From: an uncultured delta proteobacterium
Lineage (GTDB): Bacteria; Desulfobacterota; RBG-13-43-22
DNA: 53,016 nt
Reading direction: 5' to 3'
NCBI GenBank assembly: GCA_963743305.1
Contig: CAVUPH010000040.1
Location: forward strand, 1 to 53,016
Positions 18,404 to 27,675 of this stretch are shown here, one piece after another. A program made the position numbers and the translations under genes. The notes beneath the pieces were generated by a model. The model was given only the letters and a program-made list of their open reading frames with translations, searched no databases and had not been told where the DNA came from. Each line of letters opens with the position of its first letter. The first letter of the stretch is position 1.

Positions 18404-19210
18404 ATGAACTCGGATAATCCAGGCAAGGAGACCCTACCCCCTAGACGACGACAAAGCGACTCCTGGGTCGGCCGGCAAAGCGAGACGACCGTCAGTGTAC
18501 AAATCCTTTTGTATTTCAATGATCTGCTTGATGCCAAGGCGAACCTGTTTTCACTGAACGAAAGGGTCCTTGAAGACTTGATCGGGGAACTGGATGAAAT
18601 GACCCCGATAAAAGACCATGGGTATTGGCTGACCCTGGCCCGGATTAATGAACTGGCCCTGGTTTGCGCCGGAAATTATGCCGATAACTGTGAATTCTCC
18701 CTGGTCGGAGACTTGCTGGTGAATCCGAGACTCGTCCTGGTTCACGTTTCCGGATTAACTCAGCCTCTGATGAAAAAACGTCATAGCCCCTTGAGCGAAC
18801 AGTTTCAACAGGCTGAAAACGATCTTCATCAAGTTCGACAATGGTTGAAAAGGGAAACCCGGGTGGAAGTCAAAACCGAAGCCCTATTGCCCGAACTCCG
18901 GAAGAGGCTGGAAAATTCCGGTCATATTCCACTTGAATATCTCGATTCGGTCGAGCAGCGAAAACGGCGCCTGGCGGACCTGATCGGTTTTCTGGCCTCC
19001 GCCGGAATTTCCGATAACCTGGCGCTGCATGCCTGGCGGAAAAATGCCAGTCCGGCGGACCGGGAACTCTTGGAATCCGGACTCTGCCGCCTCGATTTTG
19101 AAAGTTTTTTTGAAATCGGCCGCCTCTTCAGGGAATGGGCGCAAAACCTGCCGACTTCCAGTGAAATTTTTCTCACCGGCGGATTCAGGTCAAGCGGTTT
19201 CTTGGCTTGA
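18404..19210 (+). CDS. Hypothetical protein upstream of the aldehyde oxidoreductase gene
   Basis: 268-aa ORF with its own promoter; a diverged paralogous 3' fragment at 3697..3873 keeps the same frame, supporting coding status. Confidence 0.7.
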   Translation: MNSDNPGKETLPPRRRQSDSWVGRQSETTVSVQILLYFNDLLDAKANLFSLNERVLEDLIGELDEMTPIKDHGYWLTLARINELALVCAGNYADNCEFSLVGDLLVNPRLVLVHVSGLTQPLMKKRHSPLSEQFQQAENDLHQVRQWLKRETRVEVKTEALLPELRKRLENSGHIPLEYLDSVEQRKRRLADLIGFLASAGISDNLALHAWRKNASPADRELLESGLCRLDFESFFEIGRLFREWAQNLPTSSEIFLTGGFRSSGFLA

Positions 19211-19303
19211 GCCTTTTTGGTTCTAACCCTAGCCAAAAATATTTCAAATATTTTTGGCTGTTATAAAAACAACTTAACAGATTTAAAAGTAACGTTCTTT
19301 AAT

Positions 19304-19363
19304 TTAGATTCTTACCTCCATTGTTAGAGACAAATTCCCAGAAGAATGGAGGTAAGAATCTAA
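19304..19363. repeat. Perfect 19-bp inverted repeat with a 22-nt spacer
   Basis: TTAGATTCTTACCTCCATT (19304-22) / AATGGAGGTAAGAATCTAA (19345-63), 33 nt before the mop start. Confidence 0.85.
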
Positions 19364-19396
19364 GATGCCAACATTTTAATCGGGAGGAGGAACGAC

Positions 19397-21918
19397 ATGA
19401 TTAACAAATTGTTTCAGATTAACGGCCTACCCAGAAAAGTGGTGGTGGATCCGGAGGCCTCTCTGGCCGAGGTGATCCGTGGTCAACTGAAGTTGACGGG
19501 AACCAAGGTCGGCTGCGGTCAGGGACAATGCGGTTCCTGTTCGGTGATTCTGGACGGCCGCGTGGTGCGATCCTGCGTCACCAAGATGAAGAAAGTCCCG
19601 GAGGGGGCTCAAATCCAGACCATTGAAGGGGTGGGGACGCCGGACAACCTGCATCCCCTGCAACTGGCTTGGACGGTCCACGGCGGGTCGCAATGCGGTT
19701 TCTGCAGCCCGGCTTTATCGTTTCGGCCAAGGCCCTGCTGGGAGAGAACTCCGATCCGACCCGGGGGGAGGTCAGGGACTGGTTCCAAAAACATCGCAAT
19801 ACCTGTCGCTGCACCGGATACAAGCCCTTGGTGGACGCGGTCCTGGATGCCGCCCGGGTGATTCGCGGTGAAATGACGAATCAGGAACTGGCCTTCAAGC
19901 TGCCGGCGGACGGAAGAATCTGGGGCAGTAGTTACCCGCGCCCCTCAGCCGTGGCTAAGGTAACCGGCACACTCGATTACGGGGCCGACTTGTGTCTGAA
20001 AATGCCCGAGGGTACCTTACGGCTGGCCCTGGTCCAGGCAAAGGTGTCTCACGCCCGCATCCTCTCCATCGATACTGACGAAGCGGCCCGGATGCCCGGT
20101 GTGGCCAAAGTCATTACCCATAAAGATGTCCAGGGTAAGAACCGCATCACCGGGCTGATCACCTTCTCCACGAATAAAGGAGATGGTTGGGACCGTCCTA
20201 TCCTCTGTGATGAAAAAGTCTTCCAGTTCGGCGATGCCCTGGCCATCGTGGCCGCGGACACGGAAGCCCATGCCCGGGCCGCGGCCGAAAAGGTCAAGGT
20301 CGAGTTGGAGGAATTGCCGGCCTATATGAGCGCCCCGGCGGCCATGGCGGAAGATGCCCTGGAAATCCACCCGGGAACCCCTAATGTCTATTACCAGCAA
20401 AAGCGGGCTAAAGGCCAGGATACCCAACCGTTGATGGATTCGGCCGCCTATGTGGTAGAAAATGAATACTATCTGCAGCGGCAACCCCATCTGACCATGG
20501 AGCCCGATGTGGGCTTCGCGTATTTCGACGAAGCGGGCTGTCTGACCATCCACTCCAAAAGCATCGCCATATTTCTCCACCATGCCATGATCTGTCCCGG
20601 GCTGGGAATTGAACCGGAAAAACTGCGCCTGGTCCAGAACCCGGCGGGCGGAACTTTCGGCTATAAGTTCAGCCCGACCATGGAGGCCCTGCTCGGCGTG
20701 GCGGCCCTGGCTACCGGAAAGCCGGTGACGCTGTGCTATGATTATTTTCAGCATATCACCTATACCGGCAAGCGGTCCCCCTTCTTTATCAAATTGAAAT
20801 ACGGCGCCGATGAAACGGGCAAGATTATCGCCATGGAAGGAGACTGGACCGTGGACCACGGCCCCTATTCCGAATTCGGGGATCTGCTTACCCTGCGCGG
20901 CGCTCAGTTTATCGGGGCCGGGTATGGCATACCGAATATTCGTGGGTTGGGTCAGACGGTCTGCACCAATCATGCTTGGGGATCGGCTTTCCGGGCCTAC
21001 GGTTCTCCTCAGAGTTTTCTGGCCTCAGAAAGCCTGATGGATGAGCTGGCTTTAAAAATGGGCCAGGATCCCCTGGAGCTGCGCTATCTGAACGTCTACC
21101 GTCCCGGGGATACCACCCCGACCGGCCAGACTCCGGATGTTTTCAGCTTACCCGAAATGATCGATAAACTGCGTCCGCTCTACCAGGAGGCCTTGAAGCG
21201 GGCTCAAAAAGAATCCACCCCCGATAAGAAAAAAGGGGTCGGCGTCTCGATCGGGATCTATGGCTGCGGCCTGGACGGACCCGATGCTTCCGAAGTGGCC
21301 GTGGAGTTGACTCCGGATGGGGTCGTGCTGTCCTCTTCTTGGGAGGACCATGGGCAGGGGGCGGACATGGGCGCCCTGGGTACCTGCCACGAGGCCTTGC
21401 GGCCTCTCGGGATTCCCCCCGATCGGATTAAACAGGTGATGAATGACACCGCCGTAGTGCCCAACAGCGGTCCCTCCGGGGGCAGCCGCCAGCAGGTGGT
21501 GACGGGCAACGCCATCAAGAACGGCTGCGAGATGCTGTTGCAGGCCCTGCGTAAACCGGACGGCACCTATCGGACGTACGCGGAGATGAAGGCCGAAAAC
21601 ATTCCCCTGAAATATTCCGGTAAATGGACCGCCTCCATGTGCACCCCCTGTGATGAAAACGGGCAGGGCGCCCCTTTCTCGGCGTATATGTACGGCGTCT
21701 TTATGGCCGAGGTATCGGTGGACACCGCCAGCGGTAAGACGCAGGTGGATAAATTCACGGTGGTGGCCGATGTGGGCAAAATCAACAACCAACTGGTCGT
21801 GGATGGGCAGATTTACGGCGGTGTGGCCCAGGGCATCGGCCTGGCCCTGTCGGAAGATTTCGAGGATCTCTCCAAACATACCAATCTGATCGCCTGCGGG
21901 TTGCCGTTCATTAAAGAG
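19397..21918 (+). pseudogene. mop: Molybdopterin-dependent aldehyde oxidoreductase (xanthine oxidase family, Desulfovibrio Mop-type), frameshifted near 19710 and 3'-truncated
   Basis: 2Fe-2S motifs GCGQGQCGSC, QCGFC, CRCTGY; GGTFGYKFS, AFRAYGSPQ, WEDHGQG, SGGSR, DGQIYGG; homology stops at GLPFIKE. Confidence 0.88.
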
Positions 21919-21919
21919 G

Positions 21920-22340
21920 ATGCCGCTGATCCGGTACCGGACCGGGGATGTATCCCGCTTTATCCCGGGAAAATGCCCCTGCGGCAGCGTCTTAAAACGC
22001 CTGGATAAGGTTTCCCATTCGCTGGACCGAGCGGTTTTCCTCGGGGCCCGGGAACCTTTTAACGATGTCCCAATTGGACGAAGCCCTTTTTTCTCTCCCC
22101 GGGGTATTCGATTTTCAGGCTGAAATAACCCGGGAATACAATCAGGATCACTTGAATATTATCCTCCATTTGGCTGAAGGATCGGACTCCAGGCAGGTCA
22201 TTGCGCGCACCCGGGAAAGGCTGAAGGCCGTCCCCGGCATTGAAACCGCTATCAGACAGGGACCATCTGGTTATTGGAAATATATCCGGCCGCAGCGGAT
22301 ATCGGCCGTTTGCCGGCGGGATAAAACGGGTCATCGCCGA
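21920..22340 (+). pseudogene. C-terminal fragment of a phenylacetate-CoA-ligase-like (DVU_1553-type) AMP-dependent ligase
   Basis: MPLIRYRTGD.SRF.PG.CPCGS.LKRL, then after a frameshift M.QLDEALF.LPGV.DF.A. Confidence 0.7.
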
Positions 22341-22369
22341 TCATCGACCGTCAGGCCCCGAATAAATAT

Positions 22370-22552
22370 TTTCGCCCTGGACATGCTGGCCCGCCGGTTG
22401 GGGCGCCGATCCCCTGGAATTCCGCCTGCTGAACACGCTTCAGCCCGGCCAATCGATTTCCACGCTGGGGCCGACCGGCATCGGCGGGCTGATACTCGAT
22501 CCGGACCTCTATCCCCGGCCGCTTCTTTTCGGAGGAACCGGGGTGGATTCCG
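22370..22552 (+). pseudogene. Fused scraps of a second xanthine-dehydrogenase-family gene and a class V aminotransferase / cysteine desulfurase
   Basis: FALDMLARRLG/ADPLEFRLLNTLQPGQSIST runs directly into LGPTGIGGLILDPDLYPRPLLFGGTGVDS (from 22465). Confidence 0.6.
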
Positions 22553-23613
22553 CTAGAGCTGACGGTGAAAAGAACGTGTACGAAAAAAGAGTCGAGGGTT
22601 CTCCACACGCCTTTTCCTTTCTCCAGGAGGAGGACTTTCCAGGCAACCGTCACGGCAAGGCCTTCCACCGTAATGAGGACGTACCCGTGATGATCGGAAT
22701 TGGCGTACTCACCCTTCACCCGGACGTTCTCCGGATAAATACCCGACCACGGTACCAAGGAACCTCCGCCCGTGCCTGCAATAATCTGCCGGATCGCGTT
22801 ACCGGCCTTGTCCGGGATAACGGCCCGGTTGTAAAGATGATCATGCCCGCAGAAATAGACCCGGCCTCCTGCCTGGCCGATGGCATCCCAGAAGGCATCC
22901 CGGTCCTCGGGATAGAAGGCCAGGCAGTCTCGGTGTCTCACTTGAAAAGCCGGCTCGTGGCCGAAAACAAAGACGTGGGGCTTCTTATGGGAGGCGAGTT
23001 GTCGATCAAACCAGGCCCTGTTGACTTTATGCTGCTGTTCCCCGAACTGATCGAGCCCGACGATAAAGGCATTCTTGTGGGTGAAGCTATAGGTAAGGGC
23101 CTCCTCTCCCGGCGGGCCGTTTGTCGTTAGGTACGATTCGGAGAAGGTTTTTCTGAAGGCATCTTTCAGGTGAGCGAGGGCGCCGGGGGGTGGTTCGAGA
23201 TGCGCAGGAAGGGGCGGCAGGACGATGCGCTCGGGCCCGCTGTCATGATTGCCCCTGACCGGAAAGACCTTGATTCCTGCCCCGTATACGGGTGCCAGGG
23301 CTGCTTTCCAATTGGCGTACTGGACAGCGTAATCGGTCCCTCCGTTTTTGAACCACCCGTTGACCAGGTCGCCGGTAACAAGCACGAAGTCGGGGCGTTC
23401 CTTCGCAATATCCCCGGCGATTGCCTGCACAACCGGATCATTGATGCAGGATTTCCCGACTTTGTCCTGATTGTTGCCCTGGGTGTCGCTGACAACCGCG
23501 AACTTCCAGGCGGTCTCAGCTTCCTGGATGCCGGAATTGTGGGCGCAGGCGATGAGCAGAAGGATCGACAGCAGCCAGAGCCAGGGAACCCTTGGGTTGG
23601 TCCGCAAACGCAT
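22553..23613 (-). CDS. Calcineurin-like metallophosphoesterase, predicted lipoprotein
   Basis: Lipobox LLLIAC; SDTQ, TGDLV, RGNHD, FGHEP, FCGHDH motifs; true 3' end uncertain (probable homopolymer shift near 22585). Confidence 0.8.
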
Positions 23614-23705
23614 GACAATTCTCCTTTTCGACGCATTCCAAGTATAACGGCGGGATCCTGGAAAAATCAAGAAGATCTCGGTTTTTTATTCGGCCCTTTT
23701 CTGTT

Positions 23706-23757
23706 CAACTTTATTTCGGAAAAATAGGGTTATCAATTATTTTTGCTGTAAATCCAA
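23706..23757 (-). promoter_or_regulatory. Repeated promoter unit, copy 3 (TTGGATTTACAGCAAAAATAA-TTGATA...TAAAGT)
   Basis: AAAAATAGGGTTATCAATTATTTTTGCTGTAAATCCAA matches 10482-10519. Confidence 0.6.
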
Positions 23758-23768
23758 GACGAAGGGAT

Positions 23769-25685
23769 TCAGGCCATTTTGGTTATCATGACAAAATGTT
23801 CCTGAAAGGCAATGGCGCCGCCGACCGTATCCCAAATATCCAAGCCGCCCTGCATGAATTTGTTATCCGCCAATCCTCGATGGAACGCCCGTTTTTCCAC
23901 GGGCAAGGTATGCCCGAAACCATGCACCACAAAAACCGCTTCCGGATGGATCAGTTCGGTTACTTTGGCTTTGATAGTTTCCGAATAGTTGTTTTGAGAA
24001 ACTCTCACGACAGTGCCATCTGAAATGCCTAAGTTTTCGGCGGCCGTGCTGTTAATCCACAAGACGTTTTCAGACATTTGTTCAAAAAGCATGGGGTTAT
24101 TTACCGTATGTCCCTGGGTATGGAGCGCACACCGACCAAAGGTAAGCCGGAAACAGCCTGGGGGAGGGGCGGATAGCGGCTCATAAGGCCTGAGGGAAGG
24201 AATCCCTTGTTTTTCCAATTTTTCCGAAATAATTTCCAGCTTTCCGCTGGAGGTCTTGAACTTGGCTTGCCTTACATCCCGGTACAGAGGCTTTTCTGTC
24301 AGGGGGACCATACCCGTGGCGTCAAAATCTTCCATTTTTACAGGCAATAATGCTGTCCCGCTCCAAATACGGAGACAAGGGAAGTATCACATCGGAAAAC
24401 CAGGCGGTATCCGACCAACTGAAGGTAACGGCAACCAACAGATCCAGCTTGGCAAAAATCTGTTTTAAGCGTTCAGGATCGGGAAATCCCATGAGCGGAT
24501 CGTGGCGATAGGCGATATAGGCCTTGACCGGATAGGGATCATCGGTATCCATGGCTTTATACAACAAATGGGCCAGACCGGGTCCGGCCGAGATATGCGG
24601 ATACTTCCAGCCGGCGCCGTCCGCTCGCTTTTCAGCGGGTGGGGGATACAGATCAGCCAAGGCCTGGAGTCCGGTCCGACCTACCTGGGCCGGCTTATTG
24701 GCAAATGGCAGCCCGCCTTTGGCGCCGAAAGAACCCAAAAGAGCGTTGATGATATAGATGGAGCGGCAGATATAAAACGAGTGGCGGTAGCGGGCCATCA
24801 TCCAACCCGGGTGCCAAATCACCGCCGGCTTGGCTTCGGAAAGATCCCGGACCAATTGCCGAAGAGCAGTTGCGAAAATGCCGGTTTCCCTCTCCGCCCA
24901 TTCCGGCGTATAGGGTTTGACAAAAGCTTCAAGCGAATCCAAATCCTTGATCCAGGACCCGGCGTAGGCTTCATCATAAAGATTATTGGCCAACAGCTCG
25001 TGAATCACCGCCAGATTGAATGCGATAATCTGTTCCGGGTCGAATCATAAAAAAGCGATGGGCTTTGGCGGCGGAGATGTTGGCGCGAATGTCAATCACC
25101 GTGAGTTTGCAGCCGTTTTCCATGGCATCCAGGAGATTGTTGACTTCCTGAACATCGACCGCCTCAAAAATATTTCTGAACTGCAAGACCACCTGACGGG
25201 CATTCTTCGAATCATAGACCACCTCTTTTCGCCCAAGACCGGTTACCGACAGGCAGGCATGGTCCACGTTTCTGGCACAGGAAGCATCATGGTTGGTGTA
25301 ATTCGGGGATCCCGAGTCCTTGGACGAAGGCTTTATGAAGGTCTTGAAAGGGTCCGCCCCGATCTGAAAAGGAAAGGCTTCTGGCGCCATAAGAAGCGGC
25401 AATCTTTTTCAGTTGTTGAGCGGTATAATCAAGCGCTTCATCCCATCCCACCTTGCGCCATTTTCCCTGACCCCGCTCCCCGTCCCGAATTAGAGGATAC
25501 CGGGGCCGTTCAAAATCTTTTACCAATTCAATCCCGGCCGCGCCCCGAGGACACAATCCGCCTTTCATGGCCGGAACATGAGGATTGCCTTGCAAAAAAC
25601 AGATTTCGCCGTTGTCCACCTCAGCCATAATAGGACAGCGGACGGAACACATACCGCAAACGCTGAAAGTTTGTTTTCGGCTCAT
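23769..25685 (-). pseudogene. PsrA/PhsA-like molybdopterin oxidoreductase, frameshifted twice and internally deleted
   Basis: CGMCSVRC...LCPRG, NHDASCARN, IRPGTDY, DVILPLSPYLER, FKTSSGKLE, HTQGHTVNN across four ORFs; shifts near 25308 and 25020; deletion near 24340; no Tat motif. Confidence 0.85.
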
Positions 25686-25870
25686 GGTTCTCACAACCTG
25701 CAAAAAGATTGGCCTGGGGATCGGGACCCATCCCAATTTGTTTAAAAAGGCCCTACGAATTTAATCCCCGGGATCCGTAATCAAGCGGGATCGAGGAGAT
25801 GTCCTCACCAGTCGATACCAACCAAGTAGCGACCGCATTTTTCACGGATCTCGGCCTTCTCCTGCTCCGG

Positions 25871-26782
25871 TCACCTCGCCTGGAGGTCACCCCAAGGGTG
25901 CTCGGCCAGAGGCGCGAAGCCCTGCCGACGGGCCTGGAGTGCGAGCGGCAGCATGGTCAGGGCCGCCACGTCCGGGTCCGGGATGTCGACAAGCTCACCG
26001 GTGTCCAGGCAGAGCAGAAAGGTGTGGCAGCGGCGACAGGCGTCGGCACGTTCGTGGGGCCGAGCCGGATCGTGCAGCACCACCAGCTCGTCAGGCTCTT
26101 CGCAGCCGCAGGTGGGGCAGGACACGCGCTTGTACGGCCACTCCGTGGCGCACGAGGAGCAACGCAGGAAGCGTCGGCCGCCGTGGGACTGGATGTACTC
26201 CGACTCGTCCCGGGTGCGGCGCAGGATACTCAGGTTGGGCGAGCCGCCGCACAAAGGGCAGTTCGTCTGCCGCCAGGGGAGGTCCTTCACCAACTGCGCC
26301 AGGTCCCGGGCCTGACGCTCCACAAAGGGCCGCACCAGTTCCGCAGCGGCGAAGCCCAGGGTCTGGGCGTTGACCTGAAGGACCGTGATGACCTCACCGA
26401 ACCCGACTGCGGCCAGGACCTCCGGGGCCAGCGCGCCGCTGTCGATCGCCGCCTTCAGGGCGTTCAACTCCAGGGCCAGGGCGGGGAAGCAGCGCGTCAT
26501 CAGGGGAAGGAGCCGGCGCGCGGCCCCGGACAGATGCGCGCTCATGTCCTCAAAGCCGGCATCGGCCAGCAAGAACACGCCCTGGCAGAAGCGCTCGGCA
26601 TCCACCACGGGCGCCGGGCCGGACCAGCCGGGGGCCTCGTGGCGCAGTCGTGTTCGCTCGACCAGCAGCGGGCCGAAGGCCTCCAAAATGGGTGAAAGCG
26701 CCGGAAGCTCTACCCTGGCGCGCTCGAGGGCCATCTCGATGGTCCTCAGGTCCGCAGGGAGGTCGTTTTCAGGGAGATACAT
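25871..26782 (-). CDS. fdhE: Formate dehydrogenase accessory protein FdhE
   Basis: CPLCG, RFLRCSSC.TEW..KR..CPTCG, CRRCHTF; downstream of the fdh alpha and beta genes. Confidence 0.9.
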   Translation of the reverse strand: MYLPENDLPADLRTIEMALERARVELPALSPILEAFGPLLVERTRLRHEAPGWSGPAPVVDAERFCQGVFLLADAGFEDMSAHLSGAARRLLPLMTRCFPALALELNALKAAIDSGALAPEVLAAVGFGEVITVLQVNAQTLGFAAAELVRPFVERQARDLAQLVKDLPWRQTNCPLCGGSPNLSILRRTRDESEYIQSHGGRRFLRCSSCATEWPYKRVSCPTCGCEEPDELVVLHDPARPHERADACRRCHTFLLCLDTGELVDIPDPDVAALTMLPLALQARRQGFAPLAEHPWGDLQAR

Positions 26783-26876
26783 ACCGCACCTTCACAATCT
26801 GTTTCTTTGGCGAAGAGGGCCATCCGGATCGACCGGATGGCCCCCGGGTTGTCTGGGGATGGCGACCTTTGTCCGG

Positions 26877-27605
26877 CTACACCGGAAGCTGTCGCCCGAT
26901 CTTTCGCAGTGGTTCGGTGAAAAGACCGGTCAGCATCTGTTTACGTGTCATGAGCCCGGAAGGGGGGTCCGCCAAGGCAAACTTATGGTATTTGGCGGGC
27001 GCATCGGCGACCAAGAAGATCGCCGCCACGTCCTCCTGGTTCAGGAGTGCGGCCTGGGGGAACTCCTTCTGTACCGTCGCCAGCCGCTCGGCGGCGCGCT
27101 TCAGCATGTCGCCGCGCTCGCCGAAGTTCATGGCCCCCATAGCGCAGCTTTTCACGCACATGGGCAGCCGATTGGCCCGAACGCGGTCGAGGCACATATC
27201 GCATTTGACCAGACGTTTGGTCACGGGGTCCTGCCGGGGAATGTCGTAGGGACAGGCGCTGCGGATGGTCGCCGGGTTTTCTTGGGCGCTTTTTTCCGTG
27301 AAAATGACGGCCCCGGTGGCCTCGTCCCGAATGATGGCCCCGTCCACGCGGGAAGCTTCCTTGCAGGGTGGCTCCAAACAATGGCGGCATTGGTCCGGGA
27401 AGAAATACCACTTGACCGTGCCGCCTTCCAGGTGCTCGCTGAAGCGCACCAGCTTGAAGTTGACGTGGGTCAGGTCCGGCGGGTTTTGGTGCGTGCCGCG
27501 CTGCCGGGTGGAAATAGAGGACAGGTTTTTCCATTCCTTACAGCTCACCTGGCAGCCCCTGCACGCGGTGCAGCGCGTTGTATCTATGAGGAAGACCTTG
27601 GACAT
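26877..27605 (-). CDS. fdhB: Formate dehydrogenase iron-sulfur (beta) subunit
   Basis: RCTACRGCQVSCKEW, HQNPPDL, QCRHCLEPPC, ACPYDIPR, KCDMC.DR...P.CVKSC. Confidence 0.9.
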   Translation of the reverse strand: MSKVFLIDTTRCTACRGCQVSCKEWKNLSSISTRQRGTHQNPPDLTHVNFKLVRFSEHLEGGTVKWYFFPDQCRHCLEPPCKEASRVDGAIIRDEATGAVIFTEKSAQENPATIRSACPYDIPRQDPVTKRLVKCDMCLDRVRANRLPMCVKSCAMGAMNFGERGDMLKRAAERLATVQKEFPQAALLNQEDVAAIFLVADAPAKYHKFALADPPSGLMTRKQMLTGLFTEPLRKIGRQLPV

Positions 27606-27675
27606 GATGTTTCTCCTTCCCTCTTGAAAAGGACGCAGGCTTTCCCCGCGCCCGGTTGGAACGGTTGTTTGGCGG

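Noticed and set aside
3697-19210. The 177-nt duplicate as a DGR template/variable repeat pair
   Set aside because: Mismatches involve all bases rather than adenines only, and no reverse transcriptase is present
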